From Gammaproteobacteria bacterium (lineage in GTDB: Bacteria > Pseudomonadota > Gammaproteobacteria > Natronospirales > REEB76): 64,000 nucleotides of DNA. Each line of letters begins with the position of its first letter. Position 1 is the first letter of the stretch. Made by a program: the position numbers and the translations under genes. Below are positions 1-10,775 of the stretch, in pieces. The notes beneath the pieces were generated by a model. That model saw only the letters and a list, made by a program, of their open reading frames with translations, was not told the DNA's origin and ran no database searches. The DNA lies in contig JBAWFA010000015.1 in NCBI GenBank assembly GCA_049591455.1, positions 75,143-139,142 on the forward strand. Reading direction: 5' to 3'.

Positions 1-978
1 CAACTGGTCACCGCTCACGATTACGTCGCGCCTGAGCAGCACCGGGTTGCCGGATTTGTCCGGGAACAACTGGTCATCCAGCGGGATATGGCCGGTCTGC
101 TTGGCCAGCACGGCATTAGCGTTGTAATCCACCAGTCGGAATTCGAGCGTAGCGGTGGCGCCGAGGATTTCCTTGGCACGCGCGGTATCCTGCACGCCCG
201 GCAGCTCCACCACGATACTGTTGCCGCCCTGCTGTTGCACCACCGGTTCGGCCACGCCCAACTCGTTCACGCGGTTGCGCAGTGTGGTGATGTTCTGCTC
301 CACGGCGAACTGCCGCAGTTGCTGAACGTCCTTGGGACCCATGCGCGCCGAGAGCGTATTGGGCTGGCTGCCCGTGGTCACGGTCAATTCCGGATAGTTG
401 CTGCTGAGAAGTATCTTCGCCTTGGCAACGTCATCCGGCGTGCGCAGCGTCATATTGATGGTGTCGCCGGTCAGGGACACATCCTCGTAGCGGATGAGCT
501 GGCTGCGCATGGTGCCGCGGATGTCGCCCAGGTCGCGTTGCAACTTGGTCTGCACCGCGGCGTTCATATCAATCAGCAACTGGAAGTGCACGCCACCCTG
601 CAGATCGAGGCCCTTGGCCATGGGCTTCATGCCGATGTCGCGCATCCACTTGGGTGTGCGCGGCGCCAGATTCAGCGCCACGGAATAATCGTTGCCCAGT
701 GCTTTCTTCACCGCATCCAGCGCGCGCAACTGGGTATCGGCGTCGCTGAAACGCACCAGCAGACGGTTGTCACTGAGGACCGCAGACTTGTAAGGCAGCT
801 TGGCTGTATCCAGCGCCTGCTCCACCTGGGTGGTGGTGGAGCCGGTCAGCGTGGCATTGTTCTCGGAAACCTGCACCGCCGGATCGTCCCCATACAGGTT
901 TGGCAGTGCCAGCAGGATACCCAGTACCGTCACCAGTATGACGATAATATTTTTCCAGGCCGGATAACGGTTCAGCAT
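1..978 (-). CDS. secD: Protein translocase subunit SecD, N-terminal ~325 codons (3' end lies beyond the window start)
   Basis: Absent from the ORF track because there is no stop in the window. Manual reverse translation from ATG 976-978 gives MLNRYPAWKNIIVILVTVLGILLALPNLYGDDPAVQVSENN..., a SecD-like N-terminus. It lies directly downstream of yajC as in the conserved yajC-secD operon. The listed 88-1014 + ORF is its antisense shadow. Confidence 0.85.
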   Translation of the reverse strand, partial: MLNRYPAWKNIIVILVTVLGILLALPNLYGDDPAVQVSENNATLTGSTTTQVEQALDTAKLPYKSAVLSDNRLLVRFSDADTQLRALDAVKKALGNDYSVALNLAPRTPKWMRDIGMKPMAKGLDLQGGVHFQLLIDMNAAVQTKLQRDLGDIRGTMRSQLIRYEDVSLTGDTINMTLRTPDDVAKAKILLSSNYPELTVTTGSQPNTLSARMGPKDVQQLRQFAVEQNITTLRNRVNELGVAEPVVQQQGGNSIVVELPGVQDTARAKEILGATATLEFRLVDYNANAVLAKQTGHIPLDDQLFPDKSGNPVLLRRDVIVSGDQL

Positions 979-1000
979 GCAAAAAACCCGGGAATACTGA

Positions 1001-1339
1001 TTAGAAGTTCTTGAGCGTGCCCTTGGGCATAACCGCGCCGATGGCCTGGCGCTGCACGCGCACCTCGACATCCCTGGCCACTTCCAGCGTGATGAACTGG
1101 TCGCCCAATTCCTTGACGCGTCCCAGCACCCCACCACTGGTTACGACTTCGTCACCTTTATTGATCGCGGCTAACATTTTCTGGTGCTCCTTCTGGCGCT
1201 TCTGCTGCGGCCGGATGAGGAAAAACCAGAAGAAGGCGATAAGGACAACAAAGATAATGATGGTGATGAACTGGTCGCCACCTTGCGGAGCCGTGCCGCC
1301 GGCGGCATAAGCGTCTTGTATGAAAAAGCTCATGGGCAA
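1001..1339 (-). CDS. yajC: Preprotein translocase subunit YajC
   Basis: 112 aa with a single TM helix (FITIIIFVVLIAFFWFFLIRPQQKRQKEH), followed by the KGDEVVTSGGVLGRV motif typical of YajC. Synteny tgt-yajC-secD. Confidence 0.9.
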   Translation of the reverse strand: MPMSFFIQDAYAAGGTAPQGGDQFITIIIFVVLIAFFWFFLIRPQQKRQKEHQKMLAAINKGDEVVTSGGVLGRVKELGDQFITLEVARDVEVRVQRQAIGAVMPKGTLKNF

Positions 1340-1442
1340 TCCTGGTCTGGTTTTTTGGACAAACGCCGAGGTTTGTAACCTCCGGCGCGAAAGCGCGGAT
1401 TCTACAACGTCTAGCGGGGTTTTAGGCCGCGACGGCGGCGCA

Positions 1443-3589
<2,147 letters not shown>

Positions 3590-3723
3590 AGGCCGCGTAG
3601 CGTAACAGCTCAAACCGCGGCCTGAACACGGGGGCAATGGTTCCCGACTGCAAAAAACTATTTCGGTATCGCGTGGTTTTGCCTATACTGTGCGCCCTCG
3701 CGGCGCGCGGCCGCATCATCCCT

Positions 3724-3811
3724 GCCCGGATGGCGGAACTGGTAGACGCGCGGGACTCAAAATCCCGTTCCCCTCAAAGGAGTGTCGGTTCGACTCCGAC
3801 TCCGGGCACCA
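3724..3811 (+). tRNA. tRNA-Leu, anticodon CAA, type II with long variable arm, CCA encoded
   Basis: Hand-folded cloverleaf. Acceptor GCCCGGA/TCCGGGC. Anticodon stem CGGGA/TCCCG with loop CTCAAAA. T arm GTCGG-TTCGACT-CCGAC. Variable arm TCCCCTCAAAGGAG. 3' ACCA. Confidence 0.9.
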
Positions 3812-3836
3812 CTTCGGCCTCCGGCCGGAACACGAA

Positions 3837-4379
3837 ATGAAATACTGCGGACAGTGCGGGCACGAAGTGACGGTGAAAATCCCGCCCGGTGACCACCTGC
3901 CGCGTTATATCTGCGAACACTGCGGCACCATCCATTACCAGAATCCCAAGCTGGTGGTGGGCTGCGTAGCGGAATGGGAAGACAAGATACTCCTGTGCCG
4001 TCGCGCCATTGATCCGCGAAAGGGCCACTGGACGCTGCCGGCAGGCTTCATGGAAAACGGCGAGACCGTGGAACAGGCGGCGTGGCGTGAAGCGGCGGAA
4101 GAAGCACTGGCCAACGTGGAGATCATCGCGCCGTTCGCACTGGTGAGCGTACCGCATATCAGTCAGGTGCATTTCATGTTCCGCGGAAATTTGGGCCAGG
4201 GGCGGTTCGGCGTGGGTGCGGAAACCCTGGAGACCGCCCTGTTCGCCGAAAGCGCTATTCCCTGGGAGGAAATCGCCTTTCCCAGCGTCCGCTACACACT
4301 GGAATGCTTCTTTGAAGACCGGCGCTGCGGCAGGTTCGAATTTCATATCACTACCTGGCAAAAGCCCATCGTGCCTTAG
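3837..4379 (+). CDS. NUDIX hydrolase with N-terminal zinc ribbon
   Basis: Start moved to MKYCGQCGHEV... because the upstream part of ORF 3690-4379 overlaps the tRNA. CxxC...CxxC ribbon, then Nudix box GFMENGETVEQAAWREAAEEALANV. Confidence 0.85.
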   Translation: MKYCGQCGHEVTVKIPPGDHLPRYICEHCGTIHYQNPKLVVGCVAEWEDKILLCRRAIDPRKGHWTLPAGFMENGETVEQAAWREAAEEALANVEIIAPFALVSVPHISQVHFMFRGNLGQGRFGVGAETLETALFAESAIPWEEIAFPSVRYTLECFFEDRRCGRFEFHITTWQKPIVP

Positions 4380-4454
4380 CCACGGAACCTGCAAGCGGTT
4401 CCGGCTTGTGGCAGAATTAACGCACCGAATCGCTGTTCACGAGGGGATTGGATC

Positions 4455-4778
4455 ATGGCCTTCGTCGTCACGGAAAACTGCATCAAGTGCAAGTACACCG
4501 ACTGCGTGGAAGTCTGCCCCGTGGACTGCTTCCACGAAGGCCCCAACATGCTGGTGATTGATCCGGACGAGTGCATTGACTGTACCCTGTGCGAACCGGA
4601 ATGTCCCATCAACGCCATTTACTCAGAAGATGATCTGCCGGAAGACCAGCAGCAGTTCCGGGAGCTGAACGCGGAACTGGCGAAATCCTGGCCGGTGCTC
4701 ACCCAGCAGAAGCCCGGGCCTGATGACGCCAAGGAATGGGAAGGCAAGCCGGGGAAGATGAAACTCCTGGAACGCTGA
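4455..4778 (+). CDS. fdxA: 7Fe ferredoxin (ferredoxin I type)
   Basis: 107 aa, [29 protein letters not shown]...[12 protein letters not shown]. This is the classic [3Fe-4S][4Fe-4S] cysteine spacing. Confidence 0.9.
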   Translation: MAFVVTENCIKCKYTDCVEVCPVDCFHEGPNMLVIDPDECIDCTLCEPECPINAIYSEDDLPEDQQQFRELNAELAKSWPVLTQQKPGPDDAKEWEGKPGKMKLLER

Positions 4779-4805
4779 TTTTTTTGCATAGGCATATATA
4801 AAAAC

Positions 4806-4829
4806 GTCCGTCAAAGACGGGCATTTTTA
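4806..4829 (+). terminator. Rho-independent terminator after fdxA
   Basis: Stem GTCCGTC/GACGGGC (one G-U pair), loop AAA, followed by ATTTTTATTT. Confidence 0.6.
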
Positions 4830-4948
4830 TTTCCGCTGAATTAATGCTGCCGGCAATACACGGGCCGGTCGCGATTTGACAGGCAATTGCCCGCATGCGA
4901 TGGCGGTATGATCCCGCGAAACTGGATTCAACCGACTCCATGCGCCAG

Positions 4949-5677
4949 TTACTGCGCGGGCGATGATGCAATATCCAAAACGCTTGCCAATTCCCGGGGC
5001 GGAAGATAACCGTCAATCAGTCGGCCGCGATCGGTGATGATGGCGGGCGTGCCGTCGAGTCCCAGCAACTGGCCGAACTGGTAGCCGGCCGTCACGGCGG
5101 CATCATTGCATTTGGCGCTTTTCACCGCCGTGCCGCTCATCGCCGCTTCGAATGCGGCCTTGCGGTCCTTGGCGCACCATACCTCGACCGCTTTCTGCCA
5201 CGACGCGGAACCAGCGCCGTCGCGCGGGAAAAACAGGTATTGCACCGCGATGCCCATGGCATTCAGTTTGGGACGATCACGTTCGAGAACCCGGCAGTAG
5301 TCACAGTCAATATCGGTAAGCACGGTGATGGTGTGTTTGGGGTGCGGAGGCGCGAACACGATCATATCCACCGGATCGAGTTGCTTGAGATACGCCAGAC
5401 GTGCCTCGGCGCGTTGCACCACGGTGAGATTGTCGCCGCTTTGAAGATTGATAATATCGCCGCGGATAAGGTAACGGCCATCGGCGCTCACATAGGCTAC
5501 TTGCGGGCCGACGATGATGCGATATACACCGGGTATGGGTGCGGGAGTCACGTCGCTGAGCTTGAGACCGAGTTGTTTCGCCAGACGTGCTTCGACATCG
5601 TTGCTTTCAGCCGCTCTCGCGACCGAAGCAGTGCCCAGTAACATGAAGGCAAACAGCAGTGTCAGAAATATATTCAT
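4949..5677 (-). CDS. dsbC: Periplasmic thiol:disulfide interchange protein DsbC/DsbG family
   Basis: 242 aa with a signal peptide (LLGTASVARAA) and a thioredoxin-fold CxxC (DIDCDYCRVLE). The N-terminal dimerisation-domain pattern resembles DsbC. Confidence 0.8.
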   Translation of the reverse strand: MNIFLTLLFAFMLLGTASVARAAESNDVEARLAKQLGLKLSDVTPAPIPGVYRIIVGPQVAYVSADGRYLIRGDIINLQSGDNLTVVQRAEARLAYLKQLDPVDMIVFAPPHPKHTITVLTDIDCDYCRVLERDRPKLNAMGIAVQYLFFPRDGAGSASWQKAVEVWCAKDRKAAFEAAMSGTAVKSAKCNDAAVTAGYQFGQLLGLDGTPAIITDRGRLIDGYLPPRELASVLDIASSPAQ

Positions 5678-5771
5678 GTGGAGCAGCGCTTGGTCATGAA
5701 CCGTAAGACAAGCGGCACGGGGCCAGGTTCCGGTTTCCGCATGTTCCGCGCTCCTCCGGCAAACGCCGGAG

Positions 5772-6740
5772 TCACCCCCTCGGATGGTGCTGGGCGTGCA
5801 GGTCTTTCAGGCGTTCACGGGCCACGTGAGTATAGATTTGGGTGGTGGATACGTCGCTATGGCCCAGCAGCATCTGCACCACCCGCAAATCCGCGCCGTG
5901 ATTAAGCAGGTGAGTGGCAAACGCATGCCGCAAGGTGTGGGGCGACATGGCCGCGCGGATTCCGGCCTTCTGGGCATAACGCTTGATGATGTGCCAAAAC
6001 GCCTGGCGCGTCATGTGCTCACTGCGGCGCGTGGGAAACAGATAATCGCTTTGCTGTGTCCCGATGATCTCGAGGCGCGTTTCGCGCAGATACTTCTCAA
6101 CCCAGGTCTGGGCCTCCTCGCCCATGGGCACCAGCCGCTCGCGGTTGCCTTTGCCGAGCACGCGCACCACGCCCTGGCGCAGGTTCACCTGATCAAGACG
6201 CAGACTCACTAATTCCGATACGCGCAAACCTGTGGCATACAGCAGTTCCAGCATGGCGCGGTCACGCACACCGAGCGCTTTCTCGACATCCGGTGCCTTC
6301 AGCAGGGACAGCACTTCGGTTTCAGTTAGTGATTTCGGTAGCGGCCGGCCAAGTTTCGGCATGTCTATGCGCGTGCTCGGATCCTCACTGATGTGCCCCT
6401 CACGCTGCATGTAGCGATAAAAGCGCCGGATGCTGGACAACTGCCGGGCGGTGGAGCGTGGCCGCGCGCCATGTTGTACGCGCCAAGCGATGAAAGCCAG
6501 CAAGTGCTCGCGCCCTGCATTGAGCAGTCCCACGCCCTGCCCGTCAAGCCAGCGGCCCAAACTCAACAGATCTGCGCGATAGGCGGCAAGCGTGTTGTTC
6601 GCCAGCCCGCGTTCACTCCACATGGCGTCCAAAAAGCGTTCCACATCCCGTGCACTTGCCGTCGGAAGAGGGGGTGCCATTTCCCGGCTGTTAGGGGCTG
6701 GGGTGTTTACTTTGCTTACATATTCACTCATTGGGACCAC
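5772..6740 (-). CDS. xerD: Site-specific tyrosine recombinase XerD
   Basis: FLDAMWSERGLANNTLAAYRADLLSL at the N-terminus. C-terminal catalytic residues HTLRHAFATHLL...LGHSDVSTTQIYTHV. The true start may be the internal Met (MAPPLP..., about 6680). Confidence 0.85.
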   Translation of the reverse strand: MVPMSEYVSKVNTPAPNSREMAPPLPTASARDVERFLDAMWSERGLANNTLAAYRADLLSLGRWLDGQGVGLLNAGREHLLAFIAWRVQHGARPRSTARQLSSIRRFYRYMQREGHISEDPSTRIDMPKLGRPLPKSLTETEVLSLLKAPDVEKALGVRDRAMLELLYATGLRVSELVSLRLDQVNLRQGVVRVLGKGNRERLVPMGEEAQTWVEKYLRETRLEIIGTQQSDYLFPTRRSEHMTRQAFWHIIKRYAQKAGIRAAMSPHTLRHAFATHLLNHGADLRVVQMLLGHSDVSTTQIYTHVARERLKDLHAQHHPRG

Positions 6741-6908
6741 CTCGCCATGTTGATAATATTATTTAGTACACAAACAACATGTCAGAGTAACCAACTACAG
6801 GGTTTGCGCTCCATAAGATTACAGTAAAATACAAACCCTTATGTAAAATATTAGCATATTTTGGCCAACTTGCGAGGGCCGGGCTGAATCCGGATACTGC
6901 CCGCGGCC

Positions 6909-7676
6909 ATGAAATACCCCCCCTCCCGGCTTTATTCCCTGATTTTTGCCCTGCGGGCCTGGACCGCCTTCTTGCTGTACTTTTTGCCTGCAGCCCTCTT
7001 TGTCATTGCCCTGCCGGGCCGGGAACGCCGTCGCCGGGCAGCCCACCGGGCCGCCAGAGCGCTTTTTTACCTGGCCGGAATCCCCCTGCGGGTCGTTGGC
7101 CTGGAGCTCCTGCCTCCCGGCTCCTGTTTCCTGGCTTCCAACCACGCCACCTATCTGGACGGTCCCCTGCTGACCGCAGCCCTGCCGCCGCGATTCGGGT
7201 TCGTGATCAAGCGGGAAGCCATGAAAGCACCCTTGGTGGGATGGCTGCTGGTGCGTCTCGGTTCGGAATTCGTAGAGCGTTTTAATACCAGGGCAGCGCT
7301 CAGCGACGCTACCCGCCTGATCCAGTTGGCGCGGGACGGTGTATCGCTCGGCGTGTTTCCGGAAGGCACGTTCCGACCCGAACCGGGGCTGCGCTCCTTT
7401 CATCTGGGCGCGTTCCTGGCGGCCACCCGTGCCGGCATCCCCGTGGTGCCGGTAGTAATCCGCGGAGCACGCGACATTTTACCGGGTGAAACTCCCTGGC
7501 CGCACCCGGGACGGGTGGAAGTGGAATTGCTGGCGCCGATCATGGCCGCCGGTAAGCGCGGCGATGATGCGCGAACGCTGCGCGATAAAGTGCGCGCGAG
7601 CATCCTCGCCCATTGCAGCGAGGCCGAGCGACTCAACGCTCAGCCGCAACATCGGCAGTCAAAAGATTCACTCTGA
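6909..7676 (+). CDS. Lysophospholipid (1-acyl-sn-glycerol-3-phosphate) acyltransferase family protein
   Basis: 255 aa with an N-terminal TM segment, the NHATYLD (HX4D) motif and FPEGT motif of the PlsC family. Confidence 0.75.
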   Translation: MKYPPSRLYSLIFALRAWTAFLLYFLPAALFVIALPGRERRRRAAHRAARALFYLAGIPLRVVGLELLPPGSCFLASNHATYLDGPLLTAALPPRFGFVIKREAMKAPLVGWLLVRLGSEFVERFNTRAALSDATRLIQLARDGVSLGVFPEGTFRPEPGLRSFHLGAFLAATRAGIPVVPVVIRGARDILPGETPWPHPGRVEVELLAPIMAAGKRGDDARTLRDKVRASILAHCSEAERLNAQPQHRQSKDSL

Positions 7677-7783
7677 TTACACTACAGGCGTACCCCAGCA
7701 GCGTATTACTGCCGGCTACCGACCACAGTACAAATTGGTCCCGTCTGCATTCGGCAAACGGCGCTGTTAAACTGCGCGTCCCC

Positions 7784-9025
7784 ATGTCCCCCGTTACTTC
7801 CGCGAACGCCGACGTATCTTTGCTGAGACACCGCCCGTTCCGGCAATACTGGTGCGCGCGCGTGGCCGCCGGTTTTGCCTACCAGATGCTATCGGTTGCG
7901 GTCGGCTGGCAGATCTACGCCCTCACCCACCGTACGCTGGATCTCGGTCTCATCGGTTTGGCGCAATTTCTGCCCTCGCTGCTCCTGATGCTGCCCGCCG
8001 GCCACTTGGCCGATCGCTACGAGCGGCGCCGCATCCTGCTCGCCGCAGAATGGCTGCAAGGCTTGGCGCTCGCGTTGCTCGCCGCTGGCAGTTTCCTGCA
8101 CTGGCTCAACGAGAATGTCATTTTGGTGCTGGTACTGGTAATTGGCATCGGCAAGGCCTTTGAGTTTCCGGTGCGCCAAGCACTGCTGCCGGGTCTGGTA
8201 TCGCCTGCACTACTGCCGCGCGCCATGGCCACGAGCGCCTCGGCAGGGCAAATGACCATCATGGTGGGGCCAGCACTCGGCGGCTTTCTGTATCTCGCCG
8301 GTCCCGGCACGGTATATGCAATCTCGGCGTGTTTGTATTTCAGTGCGGCATTCTTGTTCTGGCGCATGTCACCGTTGCCACCGCCGGCCACGCATGAACC
8401 GCGCACACTCAAGACCGTGTTCGCCGGCATCGGATACATTCGTCGCCAACCGGTAGTCCTCGGCGCGATTTCGCTGGATCTGTTTGCGGTTCTGTTGGGG
8501 GGTGCCACCGCGCTGCTGCCGGCATTTGCACACGATATTCTGCACACCGGCCCATGGGGACTCGGCCTGCTGCGGGCCGCACCCGCGGTCGGAGCGCTCT
8601 CAATGTCCGTATGGCTGGCACGCCGCCCTCTGCGTCACAGCGTGGGCAAAATCATGTTCACAAGCGTGGCTGGATTTGGTCTCGCTACGTTGGTGTTCGC
8701 ATTGTCCACTTCGTTCCTGCTGTCGCTCGCCACGCTTTGTGCGCTGGGCGCATTCGACATGGTGAGCGTAGTGATCCGTGGCACGCTGGTGCAACTGGAG
8801 ACGCCCGACGACATGCGCGGGCGCGTGAGCGCGGTCAACGCCATGTTCATCTCCACCTCGAACCAGCTCGGCGAATTCGAATCCGGCGTCACCGCCGCCT
8901 GGTTCGGCACGGTGCCGGCGGTGCTGATCGGCGGCCTCGGCACGCTCGCCGCAGTGGGGCTGTGGATGTGGTGGTTTCCGGAGTTGCTACAACGGGAACG
9001 CCTGGGATCTGAAACGCCCGTTTAG
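7784..9025 (+). CDS. MFS transporter (ENTS/enterobactin-exporter-like)
   Basis: Start moved to MSPVTSANADVSLLRHRPFRQYW. About 12 predicted TM segments. The FRxYW N-terminal motif is typical of this MFS subfamily. Confidence 0.75.
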   Translation: MSPVTSANADVSLLRHRPFRQYWCARVAAGFAYQMLSVAVGWQIYALTHRTLDLGLIGLAQFLPSLLLMLPAGHLADRYERRRILLAAEWLQGLALALLAAGSFLHWLNENVILVLVLVIGIGKAFEFPVRQALLPGLVSPALLPRAMATSASAGQMTIMVGPALGGFLYLAGPGTVYAISACLYFSAAFLFWRMSPLPPPATHEPRTLKTVFAGIGYIRRQPVVLGAISLDLFAVLLGGATALLPAFAHDILHTGPWGLGLLRAAPAVGALSMSVWLARRPLRHSVGKIMFTSVAGFGLATLVFALSTSFLLSLATLCALGAFDMVSVVIRGTLVQLETPDDMRGRVSAVNAMFISTSNQLGEFESGVTAAWFGTVPAVLIGGLGTLAAVGLWMWWFPELLQRERLGSETPV

Positions 9026-9098
9026 CAGCTTCGGGAAAACGAGTTGTTAAGCAGACACGACAAGCATACAGAATTTCACAATCAAACTGGCTTGCCGC

Positions 9099-9126
9099 AG
9101 ATAAAGAGAAACCCGGAAATGCTATT
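9099..9126. terminator. Bidirectional hairpin between convergent genes
   Basis: Perfect stem AAACCCGGAAAT/ATTTCCGGGTTT with loop GCT(A). It lies between the MFS stop (9025) and the stop of the minus-strand gene at 9195. Confidence 0.55.
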
Positions 9127-9194
9127 TCCGGGTTTCGAATTGAACGAGTCTCAAGGCCAATCTGACGAGGGATCTTCAGTATCGGTGCAGCTCC

Positions 9195-10238
9195 CTAGCG
9201 CGGTGGTTTGCCATTATCCTTTGGCTTGCGATCATTCTTGGATTTCTGATGTTCCTGAGGACGCTGCATGCGCTCCTGGGGTTCTTGTGATGCACGTTCC
9301 TCAGGACGCGGCATGCGCTCCTGGGGCTGTGGTGCACGTTCCTGAGGGCGCGGTGCGGCTTCTTCGCGTCTTTCGGTATTGGAATTCTCAGGCCGCATGG
9401 TCGGAGGTTTCGCGGTACGCCGTGTATTCCGTGAAGCCGGCCGCTGCACCCTGGTGTTGTGCGCGGCAGGTTTGTAGTCATAAGAACCCTTCGTGCGGTT
9501 CATGCGTACCACGCCGGTGCCGGTAAATTTCCCGGGCCGGGCGGTAGCAGCGATATCCGGCCTGCCGTGATTCTCGGAGAACCGTTGCGCGGGATTACTC
9601 CTGGCGAGGTTCTCCTGACGCATTTGCGTGGCCGTGGCCGGAGTATGCCGTTCGTGGGCGTAGCTTTCCTGCGCACGAGTCGGCCGGACGTTGATCCCGC
9701 CAGGACCTCCGTTGTAACTAACACGGTCCTCTGACCGGTTGATTATCGTGCGGTTATAAGTGTTGTGAATCACTGTAACGTTCACATTGCTCACAGCGCG
9801 GTTGTAGTAAAAGTCGTGGCCTCTCCAATAGCCGCCCTCATACCCTGCACCTGCATAACCATAGCCATAGTTGACGCCGCCGTAGTAACCAACGTGCGGA
9901 CCCCAGTACCCGGCGTTCCATCTATAGAACCCGCCGTACCAACCCCACCAACCCGGGGTCCAGAGTAAACCGACGGCGGGTGCCAGAACCCAAGTGCCGG
10001 GCACCCAGTAATAGCCATACGTGCCATAGGCCCAATACCCGGGCGTCCAGATATAGCCCGCGGCCGGGGCATAAGGCTGTGGGTAAACGGGCAACGGTGG
10101 CGGCCCAATATTGACTGAAATACCCATGCTCACCTGGGCTGAGGATATTGCCGGAACGGCCAACATCGGCCCGACGAGCAAAGCTGCGATGAAAATCGCC
10201 GGAGTGATCCGTTTGATATTCATGGTCTTTATCTCCAC
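9195..10238 (-). CDS. Secreted YXWGXW/WxPGxW-repeat protein with repetitive Pro/Glu/Arg-rich tail
   Basis: Signal peptide, then YIWTPGYWAYGTYGYYWVPGTWVLAP...LLWTPGWWGW repeats (resembling the YXWGXW repeat family). The C-terminus is ERAPQPQERMPRPEERASQEPQERMQRPQEHQ. Confidence 0.6.
   Translation of the reverse strand: MEIKTMNIKRITPAIFIAALLVGPMLAVPAISSAQVSMGISVNIGPPPLPVYPQPYAPAAGYIWTPGYWAYGTYGYYWVPGTWVLAPAVGLLWTPGWWGWYGGFYRWNAGYWGPHVGYYGGVNYGYGYAGAGYEGGYWRGHDFYYNRAVSNVNVTVIHNTYNRTIINRSEDRVSYNGGPGGINVRPTRAQESYAHERHTPATATQMRQENLARSNPAQRFSENHGRPDIAATARPGKFTGTGVVRMNRTKGSYDYKPAAHNTRVQRPASRNTRRTAKPPTMRPENSNTERREEAAPRPQERAPQPQERMPRPEERASQEPQERMQRPQEHQKSKNDRKPKDNGKPPR
9251..9368. repeat. Tandem ~42-45 nt coding repeat (2 full copies plus 1 partial)
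   Basis: GTTCCTGAGGACGCTGCATGCGCTCCTGGGGTTCTTGTGATGCAC / GTTCCTCAGGACGCGGCATGCGCTCCTGGGGCTGTGGTGCAC / GTTCCTGAGGGCGCGGTGCGGC... It lies inside the 3' part of gene 9195-10238. Confidence 0.8.
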
Positions 10239-10345
10239 TTTAGTGACTCTCCAGGGTTGTTAACGCAAAGCCTGTGATGCAGTTGACTGACGCGTATGTC
10301 TCTCTATGGTGACATTTCAATTACATGAACCAAATTTAACCAATA

Positions 10346-10693
10346 TTAGAGGCTGCGGCCGTCGAAGTGATTGACCTTGAGCGTCTCGATACCTACGCCT
10401 TCCAGGCAACGCACGTTCACCGCCACTGTCTCGTTTCCCGCTTTGTCCTTGCCCATACCGAAGGGCGCACACCCGCAGGTCGGACAAAAATAATGCTTGA
10501 TGTGATGCTTGTTAAAGGTGTAATGCCTCATGTTTGATTCCGGCGTCTTGAGATGCAGCTTGTCGCGCGGTACAAACCACATCAAATATCCCCGGCGGCT
10601 GCAGATAGAGCAATTGCATTGTGTCACCTCGCCAATGTCGCCCTCCACTTCGTAGGCGATTTTTCTGCAATGACAACTGCCCTTGTAAAGCAT
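10346..10693 (-). CDS. GFA (glutathione-dependent formaldehyde-activating / CENP-V) family protein
   Basis: 115 aa, GSCHCRKIAYEV...CNCSICSRRG...CPTCG cysteine pattern. Confidence 0.8.
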   Translation of the reverse strand: MLYKGSCHCRKIAYEVEGDIGEVTQCNCSICSRRGYLMWFVPRDKLHLKTPESNMRHYTFNKHHIKHYFCPTCGCAPFGMGKDKAGNETVAVNVRCLEGVGIETLKVNHFDGRSL

Positions 10694-10775
10694 GGCTGCT
10701 CTCTCCTGTCGTCCGTATCAGTGGACCGCGTGCCGGCATAAGTCAGCCCTGATTTTAACACTTTCAACCCTCCCC

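Noticed and set aside
88-1014. 308-aa plus-strand ORF covering the first kilobase
   Set aside because: It is an antisense shadow of secD in high-GC DNA. The minus strand gives a clean SecD N-terminus, and the plus-strand product is low-complexity Arg/Gly/His-rich with no motifs.
3690-3836. 5' extension of the NUDIX ORF
   Set aside because: It overlaps the tRNA-Leu gene on the same strand. The conserved zinc-ribbon N-terminus begins at the Met at 3837.
5772-6740. xerD as the recombinase responsible for the cassette insertions (IMEX-like)
   Set aside because: It looks like the ordinary chromosomal XerD sitting next to dsbC, about 16 kb from the mosaic. No dif-like 28-bp site was recognised at any cassette boundary. 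This cannot be excluded without a formal dif/pdif motif search.
9251-9368. Possible CRISPR-like repeat
   Set aside because: The units are contiguous with no spacers, lie in frame inside a CDS, and there are only 2-3 copies. This is a coding tandem repeat. No CRISPR array was seen anywhere in the window.
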